A DNA stretch of 64,000 bases, from the NCBI RefSeq assembly GCF_028641065.1, contig NC_073416.1, positions 7,998,001 to 8,062,000 on the forward strand. Direction: 5' to 3'. The stretch comes from Leucoraja erinacea (Eukaryota). The translations under genes were made by a program, and so were the position numbers. Shown here piece by piece: positions 51,721 through 62,871 of the stretch (within the stretch, counting starts at the first letter, position 1; every line of letters starts with the position of its first letter). The notes under the pieces were generated by a model that searched no databases, was not told the origin of the DNA, and saw nothing but the letters and a program-made list of their open reading frames with translations.

Positions 51721-51981
51721 GGCATGGAGTCCAAGACGACCGGAGACCCTTTTCTGCTGCAGCCTTCATCCGCCTTCCCAGCCGTTGTGACGCTCCACTA
51801 AGGTCAGCCATAGTCCTCCGCCTGTTCCACCGTTGAGGTCTTGGATGGATTGCTCTTTGTCAGAGACCTCCCCCTCGACCTTGCCGCTATGGGTGGCCCT
51901 ACCAGGAGCATAGCTCCAGACAGCATCGCTCTCAGGATCCCAGGTCCACACGAGTTTCTCCACCACGACAAGGTGACAATC
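51721..51981 (-). mobile_element. RTE-clade (Rex3/Expander/BovB-like) 5' leader fragment
   Basis: caccttgtcgtggtggag...ctggtagggccaccca...ggtc...ctgacaaagagc resembles my recollection of RTE 5' ends. Confidence 0.55.
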
Positions 51982-52140
51982 AAAAACTCTTGACTCTAAC
52001 CGGGCAATAAACTAGTTGGCAAAGGTGCTTTTGTGAACCCCATGAGAAGAAATGAATGAACTGCACTTCGTTAGTTAGTCTAGTTTAGTTTAGAGATACA
52101 GCACGGAAACAGGCCCTTCGTTCGGCCCAACTTGCCCATT

Positions 52141-53670
52141 CGACCAACACGCCCCATTTACACTAGTCCCACCCGACCAACATGCCCCATTTACACTAGT
52201 CCCACCCCGACCAACATGCCCCATCTACACTAGTACCAACATGCCCCATCTACACTAGTCCCACCCTGACCAACATGCCCCATCTACACTAGTCCCACCC
52301 CGACCAACATGCCCCATCTACACTAGTCCCACCCCGACCAACATGCCCCATCTACACTAGTCCCACCCCGACCAACATGCCCCATCTACACTAGTCCCAC
52401 CCCGACCAACATGCCCCATCTACACTAGTCCCACCCCGACCAACATGCCCCATCTACACTAGTCCCACCCCGACCAACATGCCCCATTTACACTAGTCCC
52501 ACCCCGACCAACATGCCCCATTTACACTAGTCCCACCCCGACCAACATGCCCCATCTACACTAGTCCCACCCCGACCAACATGCCCCATCTACACTAGTC
52601 CCACCCCGACCAACATGCCCCATCTACACTAGTCCCACCCCGACCAACATGCCCCATCTACACTAGTCCCACCCGACCAACATGCCCCATCTACACTAGT
52701 CCCACCCCGACCAACATGCCCCATCTACACTAGTCCCACCCCGACCAACACGCCCCATCTACACTAGTCCCACCCCCGACCAACCGCCCCATCTACACTA
52801 GTCCCACCCCGACCAACATGCCCCATCTACACTAGTCCCACCCCGACCAACATGCCCCATCTACACTAGTCCCACCCCGACCAACATGCCCCATCTACAC
52901 TAGTCCCACCCCGACCAACATGCCCCATCTACACTAGTCCCACCCCGACCAACGTGCCCCATCTACACTAGTCCCACCCCGACCAACTTGCCCCATCTAC
53001 ACTAGTCCCACCCCGACCAACATGCCCCATCTACACTAGTCCCACCCCGACCAACATGCCCCATCTACACTAGTCCCACCCCGACCAACATGCCCCATCT
53101 ACACTAGTCCCACCCCGACCAACATGCCCCATCTACACTAGTCCCACCCCGACCAACATGCCCCATCTACACTAGTCCCACCCGACCAACATGCCCCATC
53201 TACACTAGTCCCACCCCGACCAACGTGCCCCATCTACACTAGTCCCACCCCGACCAACATGCCCCATCTACACTAGTCCCACCCCGACCAACGTGCCCCA
53301 TCTACACTAGTCCCACCCCGACCAACGTGCCCCATCTACACTAGTCCCACCCCGACCAACGTGCCCCATCTACACTAGTCCCACCCCGACCAACATGCCC
53401 CATCTACACTAGTCCCACCCCGACCAACATGCCCCATCTACACTAGTCCCACCCCGACCAACATGCCCCGTCTACACTAGTCCCACCCCGACCAACATGC
53501 CCCATCTACACTAGTCGCACCCCGACCAACATGCCCCATCTACACTAGTCCCACCCCGACCAACATGACCAACATGCATGCCCCATCTACACTAGCCCCA
53601 CCCCGACCAACATGCCCCATCTACACTAGTCCCACCCCGACCAACATGCCCCATCTACACTAGTCCCACC
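52141..53670. repeat. Minisatellite, 34-bp unit, about 45 copies
   Basis: (CCCCGACCAACATGCCCCATCTACACTAGTCCCA)n, head to tail with no spacers, embedded in a minus-strand LINE 3' UTR. Confidence 0.97.
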
Positions 53671-54705
53671 TGCCTGCGCTTGGTCCATATCCCTCCGAAC
53701 CTGTCCTATCCATGTACTTGTCTAACTGCTTCTTAAACATTGGGATAGTCCCAGCCTCAACTCTCTGCCTCAGAGGGCGGTGGAGGCCGGTTCTCTGGAT
53801 GCTTTCAAGAGAGAGCTAGATAGGGCTCTTAAAGATAGCGGAGTCAAGGGATATGGGGAGAAGGCAGGAATGGGGTGCTGATTGGCGATGATCAGCCATG
53901 ATCACATTGAATGGCGGTGCTGGCTCGCAGGGCTGAATGGCCTCCTCCTACACCTATTATCTGTTGTCTATTGTCTATAGTACCTCCTCCGGCAGCTCGT
54001 TCCATACACCCACCAACCTTTGTGTGGAAAAGTTACCCCTCAGATTCCTATTAAATCTTTTCCCCTTCACCTGAAACCTATGTCCTCTAGTCCTCGATTC
54101 CCCTACTCTGGGCAAGAGACTCTCTACTGTGCGTCTACCCGATCTATTCCTCTCATGATTTTATACACCTCTATAAGATCGCCCCTCATCCTCCTGCGCT
54201 CTAGAGAATACTTCAAAGATTGGTGACTGGGAGGGAAATGAGAGTAATAGATCGTGGACAGGTACAAAGTGCTGGAGTAACTCAGTGGGTCAGACATGCA
54301 GCATCTGACCTTAGACAATCTGATAGGGATCCCATGTTATGTTTAGGCTGCACTAGAGTGTAAGAGAAGGATCTTTGCTGCAATACAGTGGTGAGTTGGT
54401 TAATGGCCTTCCCATCCCATCAGCTGACAACAAGCCTCCTGTTTTAATATGAAGCACATGTGTGGAATCATTGCTGGATCCACATTTGCTGCACAGATAT
54501 TTCTCCTCGATATTTTTCAACAGTGCGTGCGTGCACAGTAAGTGGTTTATTTTACTTTACTTTAGAGATACAGCGCGGCAACAGGCCCTTCGGCCCACCG
54601 AGTCCATGCCGACCAGCGATCGCCCCGTACACTAGCACTATCCTACACACACAAGGGATAATTTGCCATTTTTACCAGTTAATTAACCTACGAACCTAAG
54701 AAGGT

Positions 54706-55026
54706 GGGCAGTCACGGTGGCACAGCGGTAGAGTTGCTGCCTTGCAGCGAATGCAGCGCCAGAGACCCGGGTTCGATCCCGACTACGAGTGCTGTCTGTA
54801 CGGAGTTTGTACGTTCTCCCCGTGACCTGCGTGGGTTTTCTCAGAGATCTTCGGTTTCCTCCCACACTCCAAAGGTGTACAGGTTTGTAGGTTAATTGGC
54901 TTGGTGTAAATGTAAAAATTGCCCCTAGTGGGTGTAGGGTAGTGTTAGTGTGCGGGGATCGCTAGTCGATGCGGACTCGGTGGGCCGAAGGGCCTGTTTC
55001 TGCGCTGTATCTCTAAACTAAACTAA
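54706..55026 (+). mobile_element. Full-length HE1-type V-SINE
   Basis: A box TGGCACAGCGG (54718-54728), B box GGTTCGATCC (54770-54779), V-domain ggagtttgtacgttctccccgtg...ggtttcctcccaca, LINE-derived tail and (aaact)n end. Confidence 0.9.
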
Positions 55027-55439
55027 CCTTAGGATGAGAGGGGATCTTATTGAAACATAAAAGATTATTAAGGGATTGGACACGCTGGAGGCAGGAAACA
55101 TGTTCCCGATGTTGGGGGAGTCCAGAAACAGGGGCCACAGTTTAAGAATAAGGGGTCGGCCATTTAGAATGGAGACGAGGAAACACTTTTTCTCACAGAG
55201 AGTTGTGAGTCTGTGGAATTCTCTGCCTCAGAGGGCAGTGGAAGCCGGTTCTCTGGGTGCTTTCAAGAGGGAGCCAGATAGGGCTCTTAAAGATAGCGAA
55301 GTCAGGGGATATGGGGAGAAGGCAGGAACGGGGTACTGATTGGCGATGATCAGCCATGATCACATTGAGTGGTGGTGCTGGCTCAAAGGGCCGAATGGCC
55401 TACTCCTGCACTTGTTGTCTATTGTAAATTGCCCCTAGT

Positions 55440-55575
55440 GAGAGGGAGAGAGAGAGAGGGGGAGAGAGGGAGAGAGAGAGAGGGGGAGAGAGAGAGGGGG
55501 GGGAGGGAGAGAGAGAGAGAGGGGAGAGAGATGGGGCAGAGAGAGAGGGGGGGAGAGATAGAGGTGAGAGAGAGA
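55440..55575. repeat. GA-rich polypurine microsatellite
   Basis: Imperfect (GA)n/(GGGA)n tract. Confidence 0.9.
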
Positions 55576-55936
55576 CAGCATCTCTGGAGAGAAGGAATGG
55601 GTGTCGTTTCGGGTCGAGACCCTTCTTCAGACTGATGTCAGGGGAGGGGGGGGCAGAGATAGAATGTAGTCGGAGACAGTAAGACTGGTGGGAGAACTGG
55701 GAATGGGGAGGGGATGGAGAGAGAGAGAGAGGGAAAGCAAGGGCTGTCTGAAATTGGAGAAGTCAATGTTCATACCGCTGGGGTGTAAACTACCCAAGCA
55801 AAATATGAGGTGCTGCTCTACCAATTTGCGCTGGGCCTCACTCTGGCCATGGAGGAGGCCCAGGACAGAAAGGTCGGATTGGGAATGGGAATGGGAATGG
55901 GAGGGGGAGTTGAAGTGCCGAGCCACCGGGAGATCA
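55576..55936 (-). mobile_element. Penelope-like element 3' fragment
   Basis: HFNSPSHS...DLSVLGLLHGQSEAQRKLVEQHLIFCLGSLHPSGMNIDFSNFR plus the terminal repeat. Confidence 0.85.
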
Positions 55937-56039
55937 GGGTGGCTCGGATGGAGCCCGGGTCTCTGGCGCCGTGAGGCAGCAACTCTACCACTGCGCCACT
56001 GTGTTTATAACCTGGCGTGAGTGTGTAAGATCCTTGTCG

Positions 56040-56285
56040 ATGTTGCAGGGTGCAAAGTGCAAGATCCTCGCTGCCCTGCCTTTGCAGATGTAACATAGGT
56101 CTGTGCCACTGATCAGATCTCTCGATCTCTCCTGTAGAATTACTCACCCATTAACACCTTTTTAAACCCAGATATCTCCTTGGAGAGAGAGGGGAGGGAG
56201 CAGTGTGTGTTTTGATGGCCTCTCTCTAAAGACTTTAACAACTGCCACCTTGCAAGCAGTCACAGCCAGCCAGCAGCAGTCAAAG
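56040..56285 (+). promoter_or_regulatory. SLC39A5: Putative SLC39A5 promoter and non-coding first exon
   Basis: Island of unique sequence among repeats; DR1/HNF4-like GGTGCAAAGTGCA at 56049-56061; AAG|GTAAGA donor at 56285/56286. Confidence 0.5.
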
Positions 56286-56354
56286 GTAAGACCACTTTTA
56301 CAAATCATTTCTACACCCTCGTTGCAACTGGTCACAGTGGCACAGCGATCGAGT

Positions 56355-57505
56355 TACAATAGACAATAGGTGCAGGAGGAGGCCCTTCGGCCCTTCGAGC
56401 CATTCAATCTGATCACGGCTGATCATCCACAATCAGTACCCCGTTCCTGCCTTCTCCCCATATACCCTGACTCCGCTATCTTTAAGAGCCCTATCTAGCT
56501 CTCTCTTGAAAGCATCCAGAGAACCGGCCTCCACCGCCCTCTTAGGCAGAGAATTCCACAGACTCGCAACTCTCTGGGTGGAAAAGTGTCTCCTCGTCTC
56601 CGTTCTAAATGGCCGACCCCTTATTCTTAAATTATGTGTGTGGCCCCTGGTTCTGGACTCCCCCAACATCGGGAACATGTTTCCTGCCTCTTATATGTTT
56701 TGCTAAGATATCCTCTCATCCTTCTAAACTCCAGAGTGTACAAGCCCAGCCGCTCCATTCTCTCAGCATATGACAGTCCCGCCATCCCGGGAATTAACCT
56801 GGTGAACCTACGCTGGGCTCATTGTGATCTGGCTGATTGTCCCCTATCAATAACCCGTGCCTGCCTTCTCCCCATATCCCTTGACTCCACTAGCCCCTAG
56901 AGCTCTATCTAACTCTCTCTTAAATCCATCCAGTGACTTGGCCTCCACTGCCCTCTGTGGCAGGGAATTCCACAAATTCACAACTCTCTGGGTGAAAACG
57001 TTTTTTCTCACAGTCTTAAATGACCTCCCCTTTATTCGAAGACTGTGGCCCCTAGTTCTGGACTCGCCCAACATTGGGAACATTTTTCCTGCATCTAGCT
57101 TGTCCAGTCCTTTTATAATTTTATATGTTTCTATAAGATATCCCCTCATCCTTCTAAACTCCAGCGAATACAAGCCTAGTCTTTTCAATCTTTCCTCATA
57201 TGACAGTCCCGCCATCCCAGGGATCAATCTCATGAACCTACGCTGCACTGCCTCAATCACAAGGATGTCCTTCCTCAAATCAAAACTGTACACAATACTC
57301 CAGACGTGGTCTCACCAGAGCCCTATACAACTGCAGAATAACCTCTCTACTCCTATACTGAAATCCTCTTGTTATGTAGGCCAACATTCCATTAGCTTTC
57401 TTCACTGCCTGCTGTACCTGCACACCAACTTTCAGTGACCGGTGTACAAGAACACCCAGGTTTCGCTGCACCTCCCCCTTACCTAACCTAATCCCATTGA
57501 GATAA
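56355..57505 (-). mobile_element. Two CR1/HER1 LINE 3' fragments
   Basis: ORF2 C-terminal peptides in ORFs 56433-56678, 56847-57293 and 57280-57471. Confidence 0.9.
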
Positions 57506-57509
57506 ATGT

Positions 57510-58225
57510 TTTTTCTATGTGGGGGAGGGGAGTAGGGTAAGGGGGGAACCGTTTCATAGTCACTTCCTGGCGAGGATGGGACTATTTCTCCAACGCGTGT
57601 CCTCGCCCCCCCCTCTTTGCGGCCTACCAGCTGGATCAGAGCGGCCTTTCCTACCTGAGACCGGGGACCGAACCAGAGCTTCGGTAGCGGCTATCGGCGC
57701 GGCGCTGGATTCACCGCGGAGTGGGCGATACCTACCTGGATCGCCGTTTGGAGCTCCGGAGCATTGGGCCTGCTCACGGAGCTGTGGTTCACGGAGCTCC
57801 CAGCGCTGACCGACATCGCGGAGTCCCTGGGGCCCTTTGCTGAGGGCCGCCAGCATGAATCTCCGCCTGGGGACTTCGGGTGCCGCGGACTGCTGTAGGA
57901 AGCGGCCGATTTGGAGGTCCGAGTCTCTGAGGTTGGCCGACGTTGGAGTTCCAACATCCCGGCGAGCGGGCCTGAGCGGCGAGCTGCCCGTAGCGGCGAC
58001 TGCGCAGAGCTCCGGAGGCCCCGACCACGGGTGGACATCAGGAATATCGGAGGAAGATGACTGAACTTTGCTGCCTTCCCTCACAGTGGGAAACGTTTGA
58101 TTCTGCTGTGTGGGGATGTTTATGTTGGACTCTATCGTGTGTTGTGTTCTTTATTTTATTGTATGGCTGTATGGTGATCACATTTCACTGTGCCACATGT
58201 GACAAATAAATATATCTGGTATCTT
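57510..58225 (+). mobile_element. GC-rich non-autonomous element with a LINE-like tail
   Basis: CpG-rich body ending catttcactgtgccacatgtgacaaataaa; related to 49390-50375. Confidence 0.5.
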
Positions 58226-58239
58226 GTAACCTGTTCCGT

Positions 58240-58760
58240 TGTTTGTCAAAGAGGACCCTCTCTAACTTCTACAGGTGCACAGTAGAGGGCATGCTGACCG
58301 GTTGCATCGTGGCTTGGTTCGGCAATTTGAGCGCCCTGGAGAGTAAAAGACTACAAAAAGTAGTAAACACTGCCCAGTCCATCATCGGCTCTGACCTTCC
58401 CTTCCATCGAGGGGATTTATCGCAGTCGCTGCCTCAAAAAGGCTGGCAGCATCATCAAAGACCCACACCATCCTGGCCACACACTCATCTCCCTGCTACC
58501 TTCAGGTAGAAGGTACAGGAGCCTGAAGACTGCAACAACCAGGTTCAGGAATAGCTACTTCCCCACAGCCATCAGGCTATTAAACCTGGCTCGGACAAAA
58601 CTCTGATTATTAATAACCCATTATCTGTCATTTGCACTTTATCAGTTTATTTATTCATGTGTGTATATATTTATATTATGGTATATGGACACACTGATCT
58701 GTTCTGCAGTCATGCCGACTATGTACTGGTGTGCTGAATTTCATTGTCCAAAGCAAGAAT
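58240..58760 (+). mobile_element. Rex1/Babar-like LINE 3' fragment
   Basis: TLSNFYRCTVEGMLTGCIVAWFGN...LQKVVNTAQSIIG; SIIKDPHHPGH remnants. Confidence 0.8.
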
Positions 58761-59520
58761 TTCATTGTCCGAAGGTACACAAAAATGCTGGAGAAACTCA
58801 GCGGGTGAGGCAGCATCTATGGAGCGAAGGAAATAGGCAACGTTTCGGGCCTGAAACCCTTCTTCAGACTGGATCAGGGACACATGACAATAAACTCTCT
58901 TGTAGTTTTTGCACAATCTGCAGGCATTGCCACTTTCATTTCACTCGCTTCTTGTATGTGTATGTGACAAATAAAGTTGATGTCTCGATTCAGACGGGGG
59001 GAAGGGGGGGGTGGGGGGGCTGTGGCAATATGCTCTTTGCTTTTTTCACCAGGGTTTATAACACTGTTAATAACAAAATGCTTTGTTCGACTTTAACTGG
59101 GGAACCACTGGCAAACAATAGTCTTTGTACAACACTAAATCCCTGTTATAATCACTGATTGCAAACTTCAAAGGTCACTGATTGCAAGCAATCAGCTCAG
59201 CACTTAATACAGGGATGGTTTTGGCAGCTTGGTACTTCCTGGTCTCTTTGAGAGGAGTTGAGTATAAGAGCAAAGAGGTCCTTCTGCAGTTGTACAGGGC
59301 CCTAGTGAGACCACACCTGGAGTATTGTGTGCAGTTTTGTCCTGTTGGCCTTTATAACAAGAGGAGTTGAGTATGGGAGCAAAGGAGGTCCTTCTGCAGT
59401 TGTACAGGGCCCCGGTGAGACCACACCTGGAGTATTGTGTGCAGTTTTGGCCTCCATAACAAGAGGTGCAGCATTTTGTGTCTTTTTATTTTGTCTTTGA
59501 AGGGGTGACGGTGTGGAAGT

Positions 59521-59930
59521 ATGTGGAGTGGAATCTTGCCTCTATTCCTGGCCGGGCTGCAGCTCCTCTGTACAGAGCGTGTCCGCTACTGCCAAGCCCA
59601 GAGGCTGCCTGTGGATAAGAACGAGACTCTGGTCCAGAGCGCGATGAGGGAACAGCGGTACTACCTGCTCCGTCTGTTCGGGCACTACGGGGACAACGGC
59701 AAGCTGACCTTCGAGGGCCTACGCAGGCTGCTGGTCAACCTGGGACTGGGCGCAGTGCAGGTGGTGGAAATCGAACACGAAGATCTCGGGCACGCACACG
59801 TCTCGCACTTGGACGTTCTCGACCTGCAGGAGAAAGGACATGTACACAGCCACGTTCTAGACGATCACCATATCGACCAACCCACCAGCAAGGTGGAGGC
59901 TAACTCTGCAACCAACCCCTCCACACTGAG
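59521..59930 (+). CDS. SLC39A5: SLC39A5 (ZIP5) coding exon 1: signal peptide and N-terminal ectodomain
   Basis: Acceptor at 59502/59503; hydrophobic N-terminus; EQRYYLLRLFGHYGDNGKLTFEGLRRLLVNLGLG LIV-1 motif; AG|GTGAGG donor; synteny with NABP2. Confidence 0.9.
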
Positions 59931-59994
59931 GTGAGGACAAATACACCAAGCACAGCTTCTCAGGGCAGGTGTTGCCGGGACTAGAGGGCAAAAA

Positions 59995-60450
59995 CAGGAA
60001 GGCAGATTATTATCTAAATGGTGTCAAGTTGGGAAAGGGGAAGTACAACGGGATCTGGGGGTCCTTGTTCATCAGTCTATGAAAGTAAGCATGCAGGTAC
60101 AGCAGGCAGTGAAGAAAGCCAATGCCATGTTGGCCTTTATAACAAGAGGAGTTGAGTATAGAAGCAAAGAGGTCCTTCTGCAGTTGTACAGAGCCCTAGT
60201 GAGACCACACCTGGAGTATTGTGTGCAGTTTTGGTCCCCTAATTTGAGGAAGGACATTCTTGCTATTGAGGGAGCCCAGCACAGGTTCACCAGGTTAATT
60301 CCCAGAGAGAGTTAGATAGAGCTCTTAAAGATAGCGGAGTCAGGGGATGTGGGGAGAAGGCTGGAACGGGGTACTGATTGGGGATGATCAGCTGTGATTA
60401 CATTGAATGGCGGTGCTGGCTCGAATGGCCTCCTCCTGCACCTGTTGACT
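59995..60450 (+). mobile_element. CR1/HER1 LINE fragment
   Basis: [49 protein letters not shown]. Confidence 0.9.
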
Positions 60451-60854
60451 ATTGTTTATTGTTAGGCCCATATCCCTCCAAACCTGTCCTATCCATGTAC
60501 CAGTCTAACTGCTTCTTAAACGATGGGATAGTCCCAGCCTCAACTACCTCCTCCGGCAGCTCATTCCATACACCCACCACCCTGTACATTTACACCAAGC
60601 CCCTCAGATTGACATCCATCCTGAATGCGGGTGCTGTCTGTACGGAGTTTGCATGTTCTCCCCGTGACCTGCGTGGTTTTTCTCCGAGATCTTTGGTTTC
60701 CTCCCGCACTCCAAAGACGCGCGGGTCTGCAGGCCGAATGGCTTTGGTATAATTGCAAATTGTCCCTAGTGTGTGTAGGATAGTGTTAGTGTGCGGGGAT
60801 CGCTGGAGAATCCATGTAGAAGTTGGCTGTTAAATAATCTCCAATTTCTCATCG

Positions 60855-61510
60855 TTTAAGCTCCCTCCGTGACTCCCTAGTCAATTTGTCCCTTCCAACT
60901 CCAACTACCCTTTCCCTTGCAACCACAAGAAATGCTACACTTGTCGCTTTACCTCCATCCAAGGACCCAAGCCGTCTTTCCAGGTGCGACAGAGGTTCAC
61001 CTGCACCTCCTCCAACCTCATCTATTGCATCCGCTGCCCTAGATGTCAGCTGCTCTACATCGGTGAGACCAAGCGTAGGCTTGGCGATCGTTTTTCCCAA
61101 CACCTCCGCTCCGATCGCAATAACCAACCTGATCTCCCGGTGGCTCAGCACTTCAACTCCCCCTCCCATTCCCAATCCGACCTTTCTGTCCTGGGCCTCC
61201 TCCATGGCCAGAGTGAGGACCACCGCTAATTGGAGGAGCAGCACCTCATATTTCGCTTGGGCAGTTTGTACCCCAGCGGTATGAACATTGACTTCTCTAA
61301 TTTCAGGTAGTCCCTGCTTTCCCCTCCCCTTCCCAGCTCTCCCTCAGCCCACTGTCTCCGCCTCTTCCTTTCTTCTTCCCGCCCCCCCCCCCACCCCCCA
61401 CATCAGTCTGAAGAAGGGTCTTGACCCGAAACGTCATCTATTTCCTTCACTCCGTAGATGCTGCCTGTCCCGCTGAGTTTCTCCAGCATTTTTGTCCACC
61501 TTCGATTTCT
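60855..61510 (+). mobile_element. Penelope-like (Neptune-type) element 3' end: GIY-YIG endonuclease remnant plus terminal repeat
   Basis: RFTCTSSNLIYCIRCPRCQLLYIGETKRRLGDRF.QHLRS...VAQHFN...E...I..LGS..PSGMN, with an in-frame stop. Confidence 0.9.
61408..61435 (+). ncRNA. Minimal hammerhead-ribozyme-like core in a Penelope terminal repeat
   Basis: CTGAAGA-A-GGGTC-TT-GACCC-GAAA-CGTC, about 100 nt downstream of the GIY-YIG stop codon. Confidence 0.6.
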
Positions 61511-61524
61511 CTTCCATTGTTCAG

Positions 61525-61723
61525 CCACAGATTGGAGCAGAGAGCCAAGACCAAGAGAGGACTTCCTGCTTTGGGAAGAGACGATGACTTGTGGAACCGT
61601 AGGCCCAGCGGCTCCAGAGTCGGGAGGTTGGCACGTCAGAGTGTCGATGAAACAAAGTCCACCCTCACATTGGCCAAGGACATCACCTTCAACCACTCCA
61701 AATTCAACCACTGGCACGGAAAT
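61525..61723 (+). CDS. SLC39A5: SLC39A5 coding exon 2
   Basis: ttcag| acceptor (in-frame alternative at 61530); HRLEQRAKTKR...ITFNHSKFNHWHGN; AAT|GTGAGC donor; phases match both neighbouring exons. Confidence 0.8.
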
Positions 61724-61854
61724 GTGAGCCTCAACATGCAGAATTGGATTAGAAGGTTTCTAATTAACGACTAGACTAGGCGGGACTGACTGGAGCGCTA
61801 GTATGGGTGTTGTGGGCCGAAGGGACTTGTTTCCAGACCACATAAAACCACCAG

Positions 61855-62635
61855 TTGCAGCAGGCAGTGAAGAAAGCCAATGGCATGTTGGCCTTTATAA
61901 CAAGAGGAGTTGAGTATAGGAGCAAAGAGGTCCTTCTGTAGTTGTACAGGGCCCTAGTGAGACCACACCTGGAGTATTGTGTGCAGTGTTGGCCTGTTGG
62001 CCTTCATAACAAGAGGAGTCGAGTATAGGAGCAAAGAGATCCTTCCGCAGGTGTATAGGGGCCCTAGTGAGACCACACCTTGAGTATTGTGTGCAGATTT
62101 GGTCCCCTAATTTGAGGAAGGACATTCTTGCTATTGAGGGAGCTCAGCGTAGGTTCACCAGGTTAAATCCCGGGATGGCGGGACTGTCATATGCTGAGAG
62201 AATGGAGCGGCTGGGCTTGTGTACTCTGGAGTTTAGAAGGATGAGAGGGAATCCCATTGAAACGTATATGATTGTTAAGGGCTAGGACACGCTAGAGGCA
62301 GGAAACATGTTCCCGATGTTGGGGGAGTCCAGAACCAGGGGCCACACACAGTTTAAGAATTAGGAGTAAGTCATTTAGAACGGAGATGAGGAAACACTTT
62401 TTCTCACAGAGAGTGGTGAGTCTGTGGAATTCTCTACCTCGGAGGGCGGTGGAGGCCGGTTCTCTCGATGCTTTCAAGAGAGAGCTAGATAGGGCTCTTA
62501 ATAATAGTGGAGTCGGGGGATATGGGGAGAAGGCAGGAACGGGGTACTGATTGGGGATGATCAGCCATGATCACATTGAATGGCGTTGCTGGCTCAAAGA
62601 GCCAAATGGCCGACTCCTGCACCTGTTGTCTATTG
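61855..62635 (+). mobile_element. CR1/HER1 LINE 3' fragment with an internal duplication
   Basis: [32 protein letters not shown]...; the segment around 61890-62100 is duplicated. Confidence 0.85.
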
Positions 62636-62871
62636 CGAACCGAGCGGAGGTGTTGGGCGAAGTGATCGCCAAGCCTGCGCTTGGTCTCACCGATGTAGAG
62701 CAGCTGACATCTAGAGCAGCGGATGCAACAGACGAGGTTGGAGGAGGTGCTGGTGAACCTCTGCCGCACCTGGAAAGACTGCTTGGGTCCTTGGATGGAG
62801 TCGAGGGGGGGAGGAAGTGTAATGTTATTATGAGTTTAATTCTGAGGAGATATTTTTTGTTTGTGCAACAG

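Noticed and set aside
52141-53670. CRISPR-like array with 34-bp periodicity
   Set aside because: Units are contiguous with no unique spacers, there are no cas genes, the context is vertebrate, and the unit derives from a LINE tail
54706-54790. tRNA-like A and B boxes
   Set aside because: This is a SINE head; it forms no cloverleaf and continues into the V-domain and LINE tail
44588-57471. Many 100-190 aa ORFs (e.g. 44588-44980, 46483-47025, 49414-49833, 51028-51408, 56847-57293 and their antisense ORFs)
   Set aside because: They are 5'-truncated CR1 ORF2 C-termini or their reverse complements, not host genes or intact LINEs
57519-58084. Overlapping ORFs up to 174 aa
   Set aside because: GC-rich repeat body with no domain similarity that I can recognise
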